Assembly (NCBI GenBank): GCA_938084585.1
Contig: CALKFF010000041.1
Span: 20,720 to 84,719, forward strand
Source: an uncultured Flavobacteriales bacterium
GTDB lineage: Bacteria > Bacteroidota > Bacteroidia > Flavobacteriales_D > Sanyastnellaceae
DNA: 64,000 nucleotides
Direction of reading: 5' to 3'
Shown: positions 45,681 to 54,704 of the stretch, in pieces
How the letters are laid out: each line of letters starts with the position of its first letter
Numbering within the stretch: the stretch's first letter is position 1
Notes under the pieces: model-generated
Seen by the model: the letters and a program-made list of their open reading frames with translations, nothing else
Told to the model about the DNA's origin: nothing
The model's database searches: none
Program-made: the position numbers and the translations under genes

Positions 45681-48600
45681 TCTTGGTTGGGTTCAGTGGT
45701 TGCGGCTTCCAACGCGTCGATTTCAAGGAGAAGGTCGGAGACGGCCTCTTGCACCTCGGCGACTTGCACGTTGGCGAGGATGGAATTGGCGGTGGCACGG
45801 GCTTGGAACAAGTCGTTCATACCGATGTAAGCCTTGACCAACAGCAAGAATCCTTTGTTTTTCCAGGCGTCTTGGTTGTAGAACTGCTCAATCAGTCCAA
45901 ACAGCTTTTCCTCACAAGCGTCATAGGCGCCGGCGTTGTGGTCGTGTTCTGCCAAGAGGTACTGGGCTTCCGCCCCCGCACTGCCGCCAAAGGTGACGAG
46001 GGTGGCCAAATCCTCCAGGACTGTGCTGTGCTCGCCCCGGTTGCACGCGATGCGCGCGTTCCAAAGTTGGGCGGTTCGTTGGATGTCGTCCGGCGTGGCA
46101 GGATCGTACATCACGCGCGCGGCAAAGTTGGCCGCTTCGTCCTCCTGGCCCAGAAGGTAGTGGCAGCGCATTTGGCCGATGGCCGCTTCCAAGCGGTTCG
46201 ACTGCAGGGCGGCAAGCTCTTCCAGCGTCTCGTAATGCCCCAATGCTTCGCGGTGCTGTCCGTTGTTCCACGCGATGGTGGCGGCCCCGAGGGCGGCGGC
46301 TTCGCTGAAGTCTCCCGCGGGCAGGGCGAGCACCGACACGTACGACACGTACGCCGAGTCAGGGAGGTTTTGGTCAAAGAGGCAATTCGCCAAGTAGAAT
46401 TGCGCTTCTGCCATGTGTGTGCCCCCTGGGTACTGGCGCATGTACTCCGACAAACGCGGAATCGCTTCAGCGCAGCGATCTTCCAGCGCCAGGTACGAGG
46501 CCGATTCGAAGAACCGTTGCTCGATCTCGGCCCCGTCCAAGCCCACCGCAGGAGGGAGGTTGTCCAACAAGCCCCGCTGAATCAACAGAGGCTCCACGAT
46601 GTTGTACGCGTCGGCGGCCACGTTGTCGTTGCCGTAGTTGGTCCGGATGTTGTCCCAAAGGCTCAGCACCTTGTCGTCCTCGCCTTGTTTGACGTGGACC
46701 AAGCACAACTCCACGAGCGCCTCCTTGGCGCGAGGTGTGGCAGAATAGGATTGAATCAGGGTGTTCAGCTTGTCTTCAGCTGCGGCAAGCGCACCCTCTT
46801 CGATGTGGGTGCGGGAAGCTTGGAACAGCGCTTCCACCACCAAGCGGCTTTCTGGGAAATCGGCCAGCAGCTGCTCCAAACGCTTGACTTGCGCCCCAGG
46901 GTCCTCGTTGAGTTTGGCGGCCATGGCGCTTTGGAACAAGGCGTAATCCATGGGCTTGACGCCCCGTGCCAAAACCCGGTCGTAGTACTCGCCGGCTTGC
47001 TCAAACGACTTCAAGGCGTAGAAGCAGTCGGCGGTGCGCAGCTCTGCGTCGCGCATGCGGGAAGGGTCGCCCTGGGGGCCGGTTTCCAAGTAGGACCGGA
47101 ATGCCGACAAGGCGTCGGTGTACTTCTCGCTCTTGAAGTGGGCGTACCCACGGGCGTAATCGGCGTCGTTGTGGAGTTCGCTCAAGTAGCTGCCCGGGGT
47201 GGTGCTGAACTTGGCAAACGCTGCGGCAGCAGGTGTGAACTTCCCTTGGTTGTACAGAATCTCACCTTCCCAGTAGAACGTCTCGGCGTGCATTTGCGGG
47301 TCCACGTTGTTGGATCGGCTCTTGCGGAAGAAGACCAGCGCGCGGTCGAGCTGCTTGTTCTGGTACAACTCCACCGCGCGGTTGAAGGCCAGCACCTGGG
47401 CAGCCGCCATGACGGTTTGGTCTGGCTCGGAGATGTTGTCCAGCACCCCCAACGCCCTTTCGTAGTCTCGGCTGGTCATGTGCACTTGCAGCAGGAACCG
47501 GTAGGCCTCGTCGCGCCTGGGGGAGGCGGGGAACTGGGTCAAGTACGACTCGAACGCCACAATGGCGTCGTCGAAGGGGTTGAAGGACAGCTCGAAGGCC
47601 AGCTTGGCGTAGTGGAAGAACGCGTCTTCCTGAATGTCCAAGTCGAAGTCTGGCAGTGAAGCGGTTCGGAAGGCTTGCTTCGCCCTGGCGCGGTCGCCAA
47701 GCTCGAGGTAGCAGTCTGCCATGTGGTACGCCGCGTTTTGGGCCAACTCGTCTTCGCCGTAGGTCGCCAGAGGGAGGCAGTCCAACGCGCCACGCCATTC
47801 TCCCAAGCGGTAGCGGGTGTAGCCCATCTGGTAGGCGAATTCAGGACCTCGGCCAGGTCCGTCGGTGCCTTCCCAGGCCAACTCCAGGTACGGCGAGGCG
47901 GTCTCGAACGCGCCGTCTCTGTACCATGCGTCGCCCAAGAGGTGGGCCACTTCCGCCACACTCTCTTCATCCAGTCCACTCGACTCGTCAAGGAGCGGTG
48001 GGGCGTATTCCTTGAGTCGGTCGAATTGTCCTGTGGCGTGCAATAGTTGGGCGATGTACAACGGGACCAACTCCGCGAAGGCAGGGTGGTCGGCGATGCG
48101 TTCGAAGCCGTCCAAGGCCACCTGAGGCTGGCCATTGAGGTAGGCGATGTGACTGAAGTAGTACTGGGCCGGGGCTTGGAATTCGCCCTCCACGTCCAAG
48201 ACGTCGTACAGGTACACGCGGGCCTTCTCGAATGCTTCACGCTCGAACAAGCAGTGTCCCAATTTGAAGCGGAGCTCGTCGCGCTTGGGCTTGGCCAAAT
48301 CTCGAATCCGGATGCCCATGAACTCCTCGGACGCCCTTGAGTAATTCTTCCGCTTGTAGTGGTAATTCGCGAGCTCCCAGTGGGCCTGAAGGGCCAGCGG
48401 GCTTTCTGGGAAGTCGGCCATGAACCCCTTCACCCGAACCACCGCATCCTTGTGGTACAACGCCAAGGCGCTCATGGCCGCATGGTAGCTCGCGTCGACG
48501 AAATCGTTCGATTCGACGTTGTCCGCGTCGTCAATCCACGATTCGAAGGCGTAAAGGGCCAAGGCGTAACGTTGCTGATTGAACGCTTCTTTCGCACGTG

Positions 48601-48733
48601 CCAACTCTGTGGCGCGGTGGTCTGTGGCTTGGGTCCATTGGGCCGAGGCCTCGTGTCCAACAGCGCATGCGGCGGTCAAGCCGATGGCCAAGGTCACTGG
48701 GGCCAAATGAGAACGAAGGGGGAGGTAGGGCAT
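45677..48733 (-). CDS. giant tetratricopeptide-repeat (TPR) protein, exported (possible lipoprotein)
   Basis: 1018 aa. Signal peptide with ...LTAAC. Helical TPR-like repeats (A..Y..A......Y..A...F) run across the whole length. Confidence 0.75.
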   Translation of the reverse strand: MPYLPLRSHLAPVTLAIGLTAACAVGHEASAQWTQATDHRATELARAKEAFNQQRYALALYAFESWIDDADNVESNDFVDASYHAAMSALALYHKDAVVRVKGFMADFPESPLALQAHWELANYHYKRKNYSRASEEFMGIRIRDLAKPKRDELRFKLGHCLFEREAFEKARVYLYDVLDVEGEFQAPAQYYFSHIAYLNGQPQVALDGFERIADHPAFAELVPLYIAQLLHATGQFDRLKEYAPPLLDESSGLDEESVAEVAHLLGDAWYRDGAFETASPYLELAWEGTDGPGRGPEFAYQMGYTRYRLGEWRGALDCLPLATYGEDELAQNAAYHMADCYLELGDRARAKQAFRTASLPDFDLDIQEDAFFHYAKLAFELSFNPFDDAIVAFESYLTQFPASPRRDEAYRFLLQVHMTSRDYERALGVLDNISEPDQTVMAAAQVLAFNRAVELYQNKQLDRALVFFRKSRSNNVDPQMHAETFYWEGEILYNQGKFTPAAAAFAKFSTTPGSYLSELHNDADYARGYAHFKSEKYTDALSAFRSYLETGPQGDPSRMRDAELRTADCFYALKSFEQAGEYYDRVLARGVKPMDYALFQSAMAAKLNEDPGAQVKRLEQLLADFPESRLVVEALFQASRTHIEEGALAAAEDKLNTLIQSYSATPRAKEALVELCLVHVKQGEDDKVLSLWDNIRTNYGNDNVAADAYNIVEPLLIQRGLLDNLPPAVGLDGAEIEQRFFESASYLALEDRCAEAIPRLSEYMRQYPGGTHMAEAQFYLANCLFDQNLPDSAYVSYVSVLALPAGDFSEAAALGAATIAWNNGQHREALGHYETLEELAALQSNRLEAAIGQMRCHYLLGQEDEAANFAARVMYDPATPDDIQRTAQLWNARIACNRGEHSTVLEDLATLVTFGGSAGAEAQYLLAEHDHNAGAYDACEEKLFGLIEQFYNQDAWKNKGFLLLVKAYIGMNDLFQARATANSILANVQVAEVQEAVSDLLLEIDALEAATTEPNQE

Positions 48734-48752
48734 GGGTCTCGCGTGTTCTTTT

Positions 48753-48760
48753 CAAAGCTA
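48753..48760 (-). promoter_or_regulatory. -7 promoter box TAGCTTTG for the TPR and beta-barrel gene pair
   Basis: Perfect TAnnTTTG, 19 nt upstream of ATG 48733, in the 105-nt spacer after the OmpA-family gene. Confidence 0.4.
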
Positions 48761-48838
48761 CCGTCGCCCCCAGGCCATGGCCGGGGCTTGGAACTTGTTT
48801 TTCAACGCGAAGGCGTGGGGATTTCGTGCCCGTTGGGC

Positions 48839-50848
48839 TCAATCCCGCCAGCTGAATTCGGTGCGTCGGTTGACCGACCGACCGGCGTCTGAATTGTTGT
48901 CGGTCTTGGGCCTTGATTCCCCAAAACCGGCTGCGCTCAACCGGTTCGACTCGACCCCGTGGGAAGTCAAGAAGTCCTTCACCGCGTTTGCCCGTGCCAC
49001 GCTCAAGGCCAAGTTGTCGTTCGACGATCCCACGTCGTCGGTGTGCCCTTCAATGTCCAACGTGGCGCCTGGTTGCCGTTCCATGCGGTTGGCCAGGGCT
49101 TGAAGCATGACTTCAGCCTTGGGGCTCAATTGGCTCTTCTTGGTGGCAAATTGCACGTCTTCCAGCTCGAACGGAGCCCCTTCGGCGACCGGCTCAATGT
49201 CCAAACCCATGTTGAAGCTGGCGCCCAATGGGTCGCCCTGCATGTGCACCACTTGGCTGTTGTACCCCACGGTTTCTCCTTCCACCGTCAACACCACGTC
49301 CTCGCCCTCGGGCAACCGAACGACCTGGGCGAACGTGCCGTCTTCCCGCGAGACTTCAATTTGTTCCACCCGCTTGCTTTGCACGTACTCAATGCTGACC
49401 GTGAACTCCCCTTCGGGCAGGGGCCATCCCAGGTCCCCTTTCACCACGGTCACCGCCTCAGGCTTGAGGGTGTCGGGCAAATGGTAGGCGCACAGGTCCA
49501 GCCCTTGGGTGCCTCGCCGACGCGAAGCGAAAATCGCTTGGGTGCCGTCCGTGCTGACCACCAAACCGTGCTCGTCCCCACTTGAATTCAAGGGCAGCCC
49601 CATGTTGACGGGCGTCGACCAACGTCCGGTGGAATCACGTTGGGTGCGCCATACGTCGAATCCACCCCCGCCAGGGGTTCGGTTGCTGGAGAAATACAGT
49701 GTCTTGCCGTCCGGGTGGAGAAAGGGGGATTTGTCCTGCGCGTCGGAATTCAGGGGAGAGGGCAGCTTCTCGGCAGGGGACCAACTCCCGTCGGCAGCCT
49801 TTCGAGACAGGAACAAATCCATGGTCAAGTTGCCATTTCGGTCCGGGGTGGATTCCGCCCGCGCGCCTGCGAAGAGGAGGGTCTGTCCGTCTCCACTGAT
49901 GCTGGGCTGGGCTTCCCAACCCAGGGGGCTGTTCACGCCAGGTCCCAACGGCGTCAACTCCGACCACATGTACACGGCCTTTCCGGACGCGTCCCGGTAG
50001 TCGAACTCGTAGGTGACCTGAAAGAGGTCGATGTTGTTGGGGTTCTCGCGCACGGGGTTCAGGGCGGCAATCACCATGGTCTTGTTGTCCACGGACAGGG
50101 ACGCTCCCCCGTAGTTCGCACCTGAATTGAAGGGATGTTCCATGGCGGTGCCGCTGTCGTACGCTCCTGAAGTCTGATTCAAATGGGACACCGTGAACCG
50201 TTCTCGACGGGTCGTGGTCACGTCGCCCTTCGCTTTGAAGGCTTCGATGCGCGTGTAGAACAGCATGGTCCCGTCGGGCGCCAGCATGGGCAGGTATTCG
50301 TCCACGCTTTGGCTCACATGCGGAATGGGCAGGGGTGGGGGAAGGTCTTCGTGCCGGTGGTAGTCGACCAAAAAGGCCAAATCGTCCAAGATGCCCAGGG
50401 CGTCTTTGCGCCGAGAGGCGCGCGTGAGGCTTTCGTCCACTGCGAGGTAGTCCTGAAAGCCGCTCAGGGCCTCTGCATGGTCTTCTTGGCTGTAATGAAA
50501 TGCGGCCCGCATGTACGTCGCTTCAGGGGTGCCCTCCGGACACAACTCTTCCAAGGCGCGGAGCGATTCAAGTACATTCTCCCAAGTGAGGCGTCCGCGG
50601 CGAAGCGCCTTGAATTGGAACTCCGCCAGCATCATCCAGGCCTCGGCGTCGTCCGGGTGGAGCTCAAGGGCCTCTTGGACGGCCGCCATGCGATCCTCCA
50701 AACTGTCCTTGGCTTTGGGGGACTTGGCCCGTTCCAGCCACTTTTCGGCTTTGGCGGACCTAGGTTCTTCCAGGGTGCATTGGCTGTGCGCCGAGAACGC
50801 GAATGCCCAGCACAGGCCGCCCAACACCGCCAGTCGACCAAGGACCAT
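48839..50848 (-). CDS. OmpA-family peptidoglycan-binding protein with N-terminal TPR region and TolB-like (PD40) beta-propeller repeats
   Basis: Start at ATG 50848 (MVLGRLAVLGGLCWAFAFSAHSQ). PD40-like repeats (PDGKTLYFSSNRTPGGGGFDVW etc.). C-terminal OmpA domain (GHTDDVGSSNDNLALSVARANAV ... NRRTEF). Confidence 0.8.
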   Translation of the reverse strand: MVLGRLAVLGGLCWAFAFSAHSQCTLEEPRSAKAEKWLERAKSPKAKDSLEDRMAAVQEALELHPDDAEAWMMLAEFQFKALRRGRLTWENVLESLRALEELCPEGTPEATYMRAAFHYSQEDHAEALSGFQDYLAVDESLTRASRRKDALGILDDLAFLVDYHRHEDLPPPLPIPHVSQSVDEYLPMLAPDGTMLFYTRIEAFKAKGDVTTTRRERFTVSHLNQTSGAYDSGTAMEHPFNSGANYGGASLSVDNKTMVIAALNPVRENPNNIDLFQVTYEFDYRDASGKAVYMWSELTPLGPGVNSPLGWEAQPSISGDGQTLLFAGARAESTPDRNGNLTMDLFLSRKAADGSWSPAEKLPSPLNSDAQDKSPFLHPDGKTLYFSSNRTPGGGGFDVWRTQRDSTGRWSTPVNMGLPLNSSGDEHGLVVSTDGTQAIFASRRRGTQGLDLCAYHLPDTLKPEAVTVVKGDLGWPLPEGEFTVSIEYVQSKRVEQIEVSREDGTFAQVVRLPEGEDVVLTVEGETVGYNSQVVHMQGDPLGASFNMGLDIEPVAEGAPFELEDVQFATKKSQLSPKAEVMLQALANRMERQPGATLDIEGHTDDVGSSNDNLALSVARANAVKDFLTSHGVESNRLSAAGFGESRPKTDNNSDAGRSVNRRTEFSWRD

Positions 50849-50850
50849 GG

Positions 50851-52260
50851 TCAGGATTGGGGGTGCAACTCTCCCTCCGATTGGGCCACCAGCGCAGAGA
50901 CGGTTCCGTCGCCCGTGACGTTCACCACCGTGCGGCACATGTCCAAGATGCGGTCAATGGGGAAGATCAAGGCGATCCATGCTGGGTTTAGCCCGACACT
51001 CTCAAGCACGATGATCATCAAGACCAATCCCGCGCTTGGGATGGCGGCGGCACCCACCGACGCCAGGGTGGCGGTCAGCACGATGACAGCCTGTTGCGCC
51101 AGGCTCAAGTCCACCATGTGGAATTGCGCCAGGGCGACCACGGCCACAGCCTGGTACAGGCTTGTGCCATCCATGTTCACGGTGGCGCCAATGGGCAGGA
51201 CAAAGCTTGTCGTGCGCTCGCTCACCCCAATGTTTTCCTGCACGCATTTCATGGTGACGGGCAAGGTGGCCACCGAGGACGAGGTGGAGAATGCGGTGAT
51301 TTGGGCGTCGCGCATGGCCGCCAAGAACCGGCGCGGCGTCATGCCCCGGATGCCCGCGCTGGCCAGCAAGGGGTACACCACGAAAATCATGAGCGCCAAC
51401 CCCAGCACCACCACCAAACCGTACCTCAACAAGAAGCTGAGCAGCTCTTGGAATTTCTCAGGGTCCGTGCCGGCCGCCTTGACAATTTGGCCTGCCATGA
51501 GGGCAAACACAAACACAGGCATGGCCTTCATCACCATCCACACCATGCCTACGAACACGTCGTTCAACCCGTCGACAGCCTTCAAAAGCGCCCCTCGTTT
51601 GGGTTCTTCCACTTGCACGAGGACAATGCCAAAAAACACGGCAAAGAAAATGATCTGCAGCATCGCCATGTCGCTCAGCGCCCGGAAGATGTTCTTGGGC
51701 ACCACGTCGACCAAGGGCTGCAAGGGGCCGCTTTGGGAGGCGTTGTCTGCCTTGTTCAGCTTGTCTTCCACCCACGCGTTCAAGCCTTCTTGTTGGCCAC
51801 GGATGTCGCGCACCACCGCCGCATTCTCTGGGGCGGCCGAGAGTTGGAGGTCGTCCAGCACCTCGATGCCGTTGGCGTCCCGCCAAAGTTCATAGCGGAT
51901 TCGGTTGGAGGTTTTCAGCGATTCACTCGCGCCTGCGCCTGGTTGGAAAAGGTTCACCAGCACCAAGCCAAGCGTAACGGCGAAGAAGGTGGTCAACAGG
52001 TAAAGCCCCAAGGTTTTGGCCCCCAGACGGCCGAGCTTCTTCACGTCGCCCAAGGACGCCACCCCGCCTATGATGCTGAACAACACGAGCGGGACAGCAA
52101 TCAGTTTGAGGATGTTGATGAAGATGTCGCCCAACGGTTGGATGTAGTCGAGGGTGAAGTCGTTCCAACCAAACCGAATGCTTGCCCAGGCGTACGCCAC
52201 GCCCAGCGCGAGGCCAATCAGGACCTGCCAATGCAGGGCCAAACGAGATGAGGTGCTCAT
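50851..52260 (-). CDS. dicarboxylate/amino acid:cation symporter (DAACS, GltP-like)
   Basis: 469 aa. Motifs SSSVATLP and AGLVLMIIVL..VGL, plus DRILDMCRTVVNVTGD typical of the family. Confidence 0.85.
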   Translation of the reverse strand: MSTSSRLALHWQVLIGLALGVAYAWASIRFGWNDFTLDYIQPLGDIFINILKLIAVPLVLFSIIGGVASLGDVKKLGRLGAKTLGLYLLTTFFAVTLGLVLVNLFQPGAGASESLKTSNRIRYELWRDANGIEVLDDLQLSAAPENAAVVRDIRGQQEGLNAWVEDKLNKADNASQSGPLQPLVDVVPKNIFRALSDMAMLQIIFFAVFFGIVLVQVEEPKRGALLKAVDGLNDVFVGMVWMVMKAMPVFVFALMAGQIVKAAGTDPEKFQELLSFLLRYGLVVVLGLALMIFVVYPLLASAGIRGMTPRRFLAAMRDAQITAFSTSSSVATLPVTMKCVQENIGVSERTTSFVLPIGATVNMDGTSLYQAVAVVALAQFHMVDLSLAQQAVIVLTATLASVGAAAIPSAGLVLMIIVLESVGLNPAWIALIFPIDRILDMCRTVVNVTGDGTVSALVAQSEGELHPQS

Positions 52261-53360
52261 GCCCCGAAGGTAAGGCGTGCTGCGCGCTGACGCAGGGCGT
52301 GGTCGGCCAACACGAGGCAGGCCATCGCTTCCACCATGGGCACGGCGCGGGGCAACACGCAGGCGTCATGCCTTCCGCGTCCTTGGACCTCGACCGGTTC
52401 GCCAGCCCGGTTCACCGATTGGCCTGGCGACATGACCGTGGCCACGGGCTTGAACCCGACCCGCAAGACGATGTCCTCGCCGTTGCTGATGCCGCCTTGG
52501 ATGCCGCCGCTTCGGTTGGTGGCGGTGCCGATTCGGTCGCCTCGGTTCACGAAGGCGTCGTTGTGCTCCGTGCCGCGCATCAAGGTGCCGCTCAGGCCCG
52601 AGCCCAATTCCAAGGATTTGGTGGCGGGCAGCGACCACATGGCTTTGGCCAAATCGGCGTGGAGCCGGTCAAACACCGGTTCTCCCCAACCCGCTGGCAC
52701 GCCCCGCGCCACGAGCACCACGGCGCCTCCCACGGTGTCGCCTGCCTGGCGCATTTCCTCGATGCGCTCGGCCATCCGGCGCGCTGTGTCAGGGTGCGGG
52801 CACCGGACTGGGTGGGCGTCCACCTCGTCTCGATTGTGGAACGACGGGGGCAAGGGCATGCTGATGTCTTGCACCCGCTCCACGTAGGCCCCGACCTCGA
52901 CGCCGAGCGTCGCCAGGAATTGCCGGGCCACGCTGCCTGCCACCACCCTCGATGCCGTCTCTCGGGCCGAAGCTCGCCCACCTCCTGCGACTTCCCGCAA
53001 GCCGTATTTGGCCTCGTACGTGAAGTCGGCGTGGGAAGGGCGGAAGGTGTTCTCCAGGTGGCTGTAGTCGGAAGGCTTGGCGTTGTCGTTGCGCAGGATG
53101 AACCCAAGGGGTGCGCCTGTGGTGGTGGGGCCCGCATCACGGGTGGTGATGCCAGAAAGGACCTCGACCAGGTCCGATTCCTTTCGTGGCGTGGTGAGCT
53201 TGGATTGGCCGGGTTTGCGCCGGTCCAATTCCCGCTGGATCGAGTCCACGCGGAGCACGAGTCCCGCTGGACATCCATCCACGATGCCCCCCAATGCAGG
53301 GCCGTGTGACTCTCCAAAGGTGGTCACGCGAAACAAGTTGCCGAAGGTGTTGCCCGCCAT
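52257..53360 (-). CDS. aroC: chorismate synthase
   Basis: Start at ATG 53360 (MAGNTFGNLFRVTTFGESHG). GGRASARET. ATGA overlap with the DAACS start. Confidence 0.95.
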   Translation of the reverse strand: MAGNTFGNLFRVTTFGESHGPALGGIVDGCPAGLVLRVDSIQRELDRRKPGQSKLTTPRKESDLVEVLSGITTRDAGPTTTGAPLGFILRNDNAKPSDYSHLENTFRPSHADFTYEAKYGLREVAGGGRASARETASRVVAGSVARQFLATLGVEVGAYVERVQDISMPLPPSFHNRDEVDAHPVRCPHPDTARRMAERIEEMRQAGDTVGGAVVLVARGVPAGWGEPVFDRLHADLAKAMWSLPATKSLELGSGLSGTLMRGTEHNDAFVNRGDRIGTATNRSGGIQGGISNGEDIVLRVGFKPVATVMSPGQSVNRAGEPVEVQGRGRHDACVLPRAVPMVEAMACLVLADHALRQRAARLTFGA

Positions 53361-53367
53361 TCTTGCG

Positions 53368-53379
53368 AAGGTATACCTT
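53368..53379. promoter_or_regulatory. perfect 12-bp palindrome AAGGTATACCTT in the 26-nt aroC / hutI divergent spacer
   Basis: Each half contains a near-consensus -7 box (TACCTTGC toward hutI, TACCTTCG toward aroC), 5-7 nt from the respective ATG. Confidence 0.3.
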
Positions 53380-53386
53380 GCGTGGC

Positions 53387-54664
53387 ATGCGTGCACTGCT
53401 CAAAAACATCAAGGGACTGGTCGGGGCGTTTGAGGACGTGCCGCGGCATGTGGCCGGGGGAGAGATGGCGAAGTTCCCGGTGTTGGAAGACGCATGGCTG
53501 GCGGTGGAGGATGGCATGGTGGTGGACTTTGGGGAGATGTCTTCGTTTCCTGGCATTGCAGATTGGTCGGGCTTGACCATTGTGGATGCCCAGGGACGCT
53601 ACGTGATTCCTTCCTGGTGCGACAGCCACACCCACTCGGTGTTTGCCAAAGACCGGTCGGAGGAGTTTCTGATGCGGCTGGAGGGGGCGACGTACCAAGA
53701 GATCGCGGAGCGCGGCGGCGGCATCCTGAATTCGGCCAAAGCGCTCCAATCCATGTCTGAGGACGCGCTCTTCGAAGACGCCTTGGTCCGCATTCACGCA
53801 GTCATGGCCCAGGGTGTGGGCGCGTTGGAAATCAAATCTGGGTACGGCTTGACCTTCGAGGCAGAGCGCAAGATGCTTCGTGTGGTGGCCAGGTTGAAGG
53901 AAGTTCTTCCCATCCCGGTGAAGGCCACGTTCCTGGGGTGCCATGCGGTGCCCCCTGGGTTCCCCGATGCCATGGCGTACACCCAGCATGTGGTGAACGA
54001 CATGCTTCCGGCGCTGGCGTCCGAGGGGTTGGTGGATTACGTCGATGCCTTTTGCGAGAAGGGATACTTCGGCGTGGCAGAAACAGAACTGCTGTTGGAC
54101 GCTTCAGACTCTCTTGGTTTGAAGTCCAAAATTCATGTCAATCAGTTCAATGAGATTGGTGGTGTGAACCTTTGCGTCAAGAAGAGAAGTTTGTCTGCGG
54201 ACCACCTGGAGGTGTGTGGCTCAGAGGCCATTCAGGCGCTGATTGAAGGGGTGGAAGCGGGTGTCCTAGAGGAATCTCACCCCACGTATCCGGTGGCGTT
54301 GCCTGGGTGCAGTCATTTTTTGGGCATTCCCTTCACGCCCGCCAGGTCTTTGATTGACGCTGGGTTGCCCCTCGTCTTGGCGACTGACCACAATCCTGGA
54401 TCTGCCCCGAGCGGGGACATGGGCATGGCGGTCCGCTTGGGCAGTTTGAAGATGGGCATGACCCCGTTGGAAGCCATTGCAGCCGCCACACTGAACGGGG
54501 CGGCAGCGATGGAATTGTCCCACGAAGTGGGGGCGCTCGGACGAGGGCACCGCGCCAATTTCATCTTGACCAAGCCGCTGGAGGGCCTCCAAGAGTTGGC
54601 CTATCGGTTCACAGACCCGTATGTGGATAAGGTGTTCGTGAACGGTGAAATCTGGGAGGCCTAA
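53387..54664 (+). CDS. hutI: imidazolonepropionase
   Basis: Start at ATG 53387 (MRALLKNIKGL). Amidohydrolase motifs CDSHTHSVF and ADHLE ... ATDHNPGS. Confidence 0.9.
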   Translation: MRALLKNIKGLVGAFEDVPRHVAGGEMAKFPVLEDAWLAVEDGMVVDFGEMSSFPGIADWSGLTIVDAQGRYVIPSWCDSHTHSVFAKDRSEEFLMRLEGATYQEIAERGGGILNSAKALQSMSEDALFEDALVRIHAVMAQGVGALEIKSGYGLTFEAERKMLRVVARLKEVLPIPVKATFLGCHAVPPGFPDAMAYTQHVVNDMLPALASEGLVDYVDAFCEKGYFGVAETELLLDASDSLGLKSKIHVNQFNEIGGVNLCVKKRSLSADHLEVCGSEAIQALIEGVEAGVLEESHPTYPVALPGCSHFLGIPFTPARSLIDAGLPLVLATDHNPGSAPSGDMGMAVRLGSLKMGMTPLEAIAAATLNGAAAMELSHEVGALGRGHRANFILTKPLEGLQELAYRFTDPYVDKVFVNGEIWEA

Positions 54665-54704
54665 GTCCAAACCACTCGGCCAGGGTCCACGCTACTTTGG
54701 CTTC

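Noticed and set aside
45656-47659. 667-aa plus-strand ORF antisense to the TPR gene. Similar long ORFs lie at 43818-45830, 60631-62646, 50183-51895, 21190-22782 and 13562-14917.
   Set aside because: I explain these the same way as the two cases I checked by arithmetic: antisense shadow frames inside well-supported genes (beta-barrel, S46, OmpA/DAACS, TrkH/UbiE, PyrG). I did not verify the codon register for these individually. None has family motifs. Dual coding would need ribosome-profiling evidence.
48766-48787. GC-rich quasi-palindrome GCCCCCAGGCCATGGCCGGGGC after the OmpA-family gene, as a possible terminator or restriction-related site
   Set aside because: Only about 6 bp can pair around a 7-nt loop, and no T-run follows. 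It may modestly attenuate read-through, but I cannot support calling it a terminator.
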